Position numbers and translations under genes: made by a program. This document shows positions 35,561 through 35,848 of a stretch of DNA of 35,848 bases, piece after piece; the stretch's first letter is position 1; each line of letters opens with the position of its first letter. Where the stretch lies: the IMG/VR virus record IMGVR_UViG_3300048576_000483, positions 1 to 35,848 of that record; one strand, 5' to 3'. The notes under the pieces were generated by a model that saw nothing but the letters and a program-made list of their open reading frames with translations, had not been told where the DNA came from and did no database searches. This DNA comes from a virus. Its lineage: Duplodnaviria; Caudoviricetes.

Positions 35561-35848
35561 TCACAACATCTGCATCACCCAGACCGCACGGCCCACGATG
35601 AGATCATCCCTGCCGTCCAAGACCACGCGCATTGGCGGGTGCTCGGGGTTGATGCTTTTGAGTATCAACTCGCCGGCCTGGGGGTCAACGAATATCCGCT
35701 TGACGGTTAGCCCCTCATAGGGGATGCGCACTCCATAGCGCTCCCCAGCCACAATCCCCCTTTCCTCGGTGTTCAGGCCCACGAAAGCGCCGTCGTGGAT
35801 CTCCGGCTCCATGCTGTGGCCCTTGATCTGCACGATGAGGATGCTCTC
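35561..35848 (-). CDS. C-terminal S24 peptidase domain of a cI/LexA-like repressor (5' end outside the window)
   Basis: GHSMEP (catalytic Ser), TVKRI (catalytic Lys), LKSINPEH, IVGRAVWV. Confidence 0.88.
   Translation of the reverse strand, partial: ESILIVQIKGHSMEPEIHDGAFVGLNTEERGIVAGERYGVRIPYEGLTVKRIFVDPQAGELILKSINPEHPPMRVVLDGRDDLIVGRAVWVMQML

Larger units (their letters stand above)
1790..35848. mobile_element. Temperate prophage with lambda-type packaging genes and a long non-contractile tail, inserted at tRNA-Arg(CCG); extends beyond the window
   Basis: tRNA 3' fragment at the boundary; contiguous replication, terminase, portal, capsid, lysis, tail and repressor genes; no sheath gene. 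Confidence 0.95.

Overview
Positions 1-1707 are a host sigma-54-dependent (NtrC/Fis-type) activator gene. From about 1790 the window is a temperate siphovirus-like prophage whose left boundary is a duplicated 3' half of tRNA-Arg(CCG), an att site. The prophage continues past the right edge and no integrase lies in the window. Gene order: att; lambda-like cos motif; P4/D5-type helicase; putative ori; Zn-finger/Toprim primase; a ParB + methyltransferase-like + antisense radical SAM cluster; lambda-type terminase; portal; protease-capsid fusion; an internal lysis cassette; neck and tail genes with a -1 frameshifted chaperone; tape measure; tail tip; small fibre-like genes; a four-gene leftward sigma70 unit; and a leftward cI-like repressor, membrane protein and exported PLD nuclease operon. 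The best candidate for an undescribed system is the ParB / DLDPYG-methyltransferase / SPL-like radical SAM cluster at 5364-7424, possibly for DNA base modification. The repressor-coupled membrane protein plus periplasmic nuclease pair is second. All family calls come from motif recognition by eye, not database searches.
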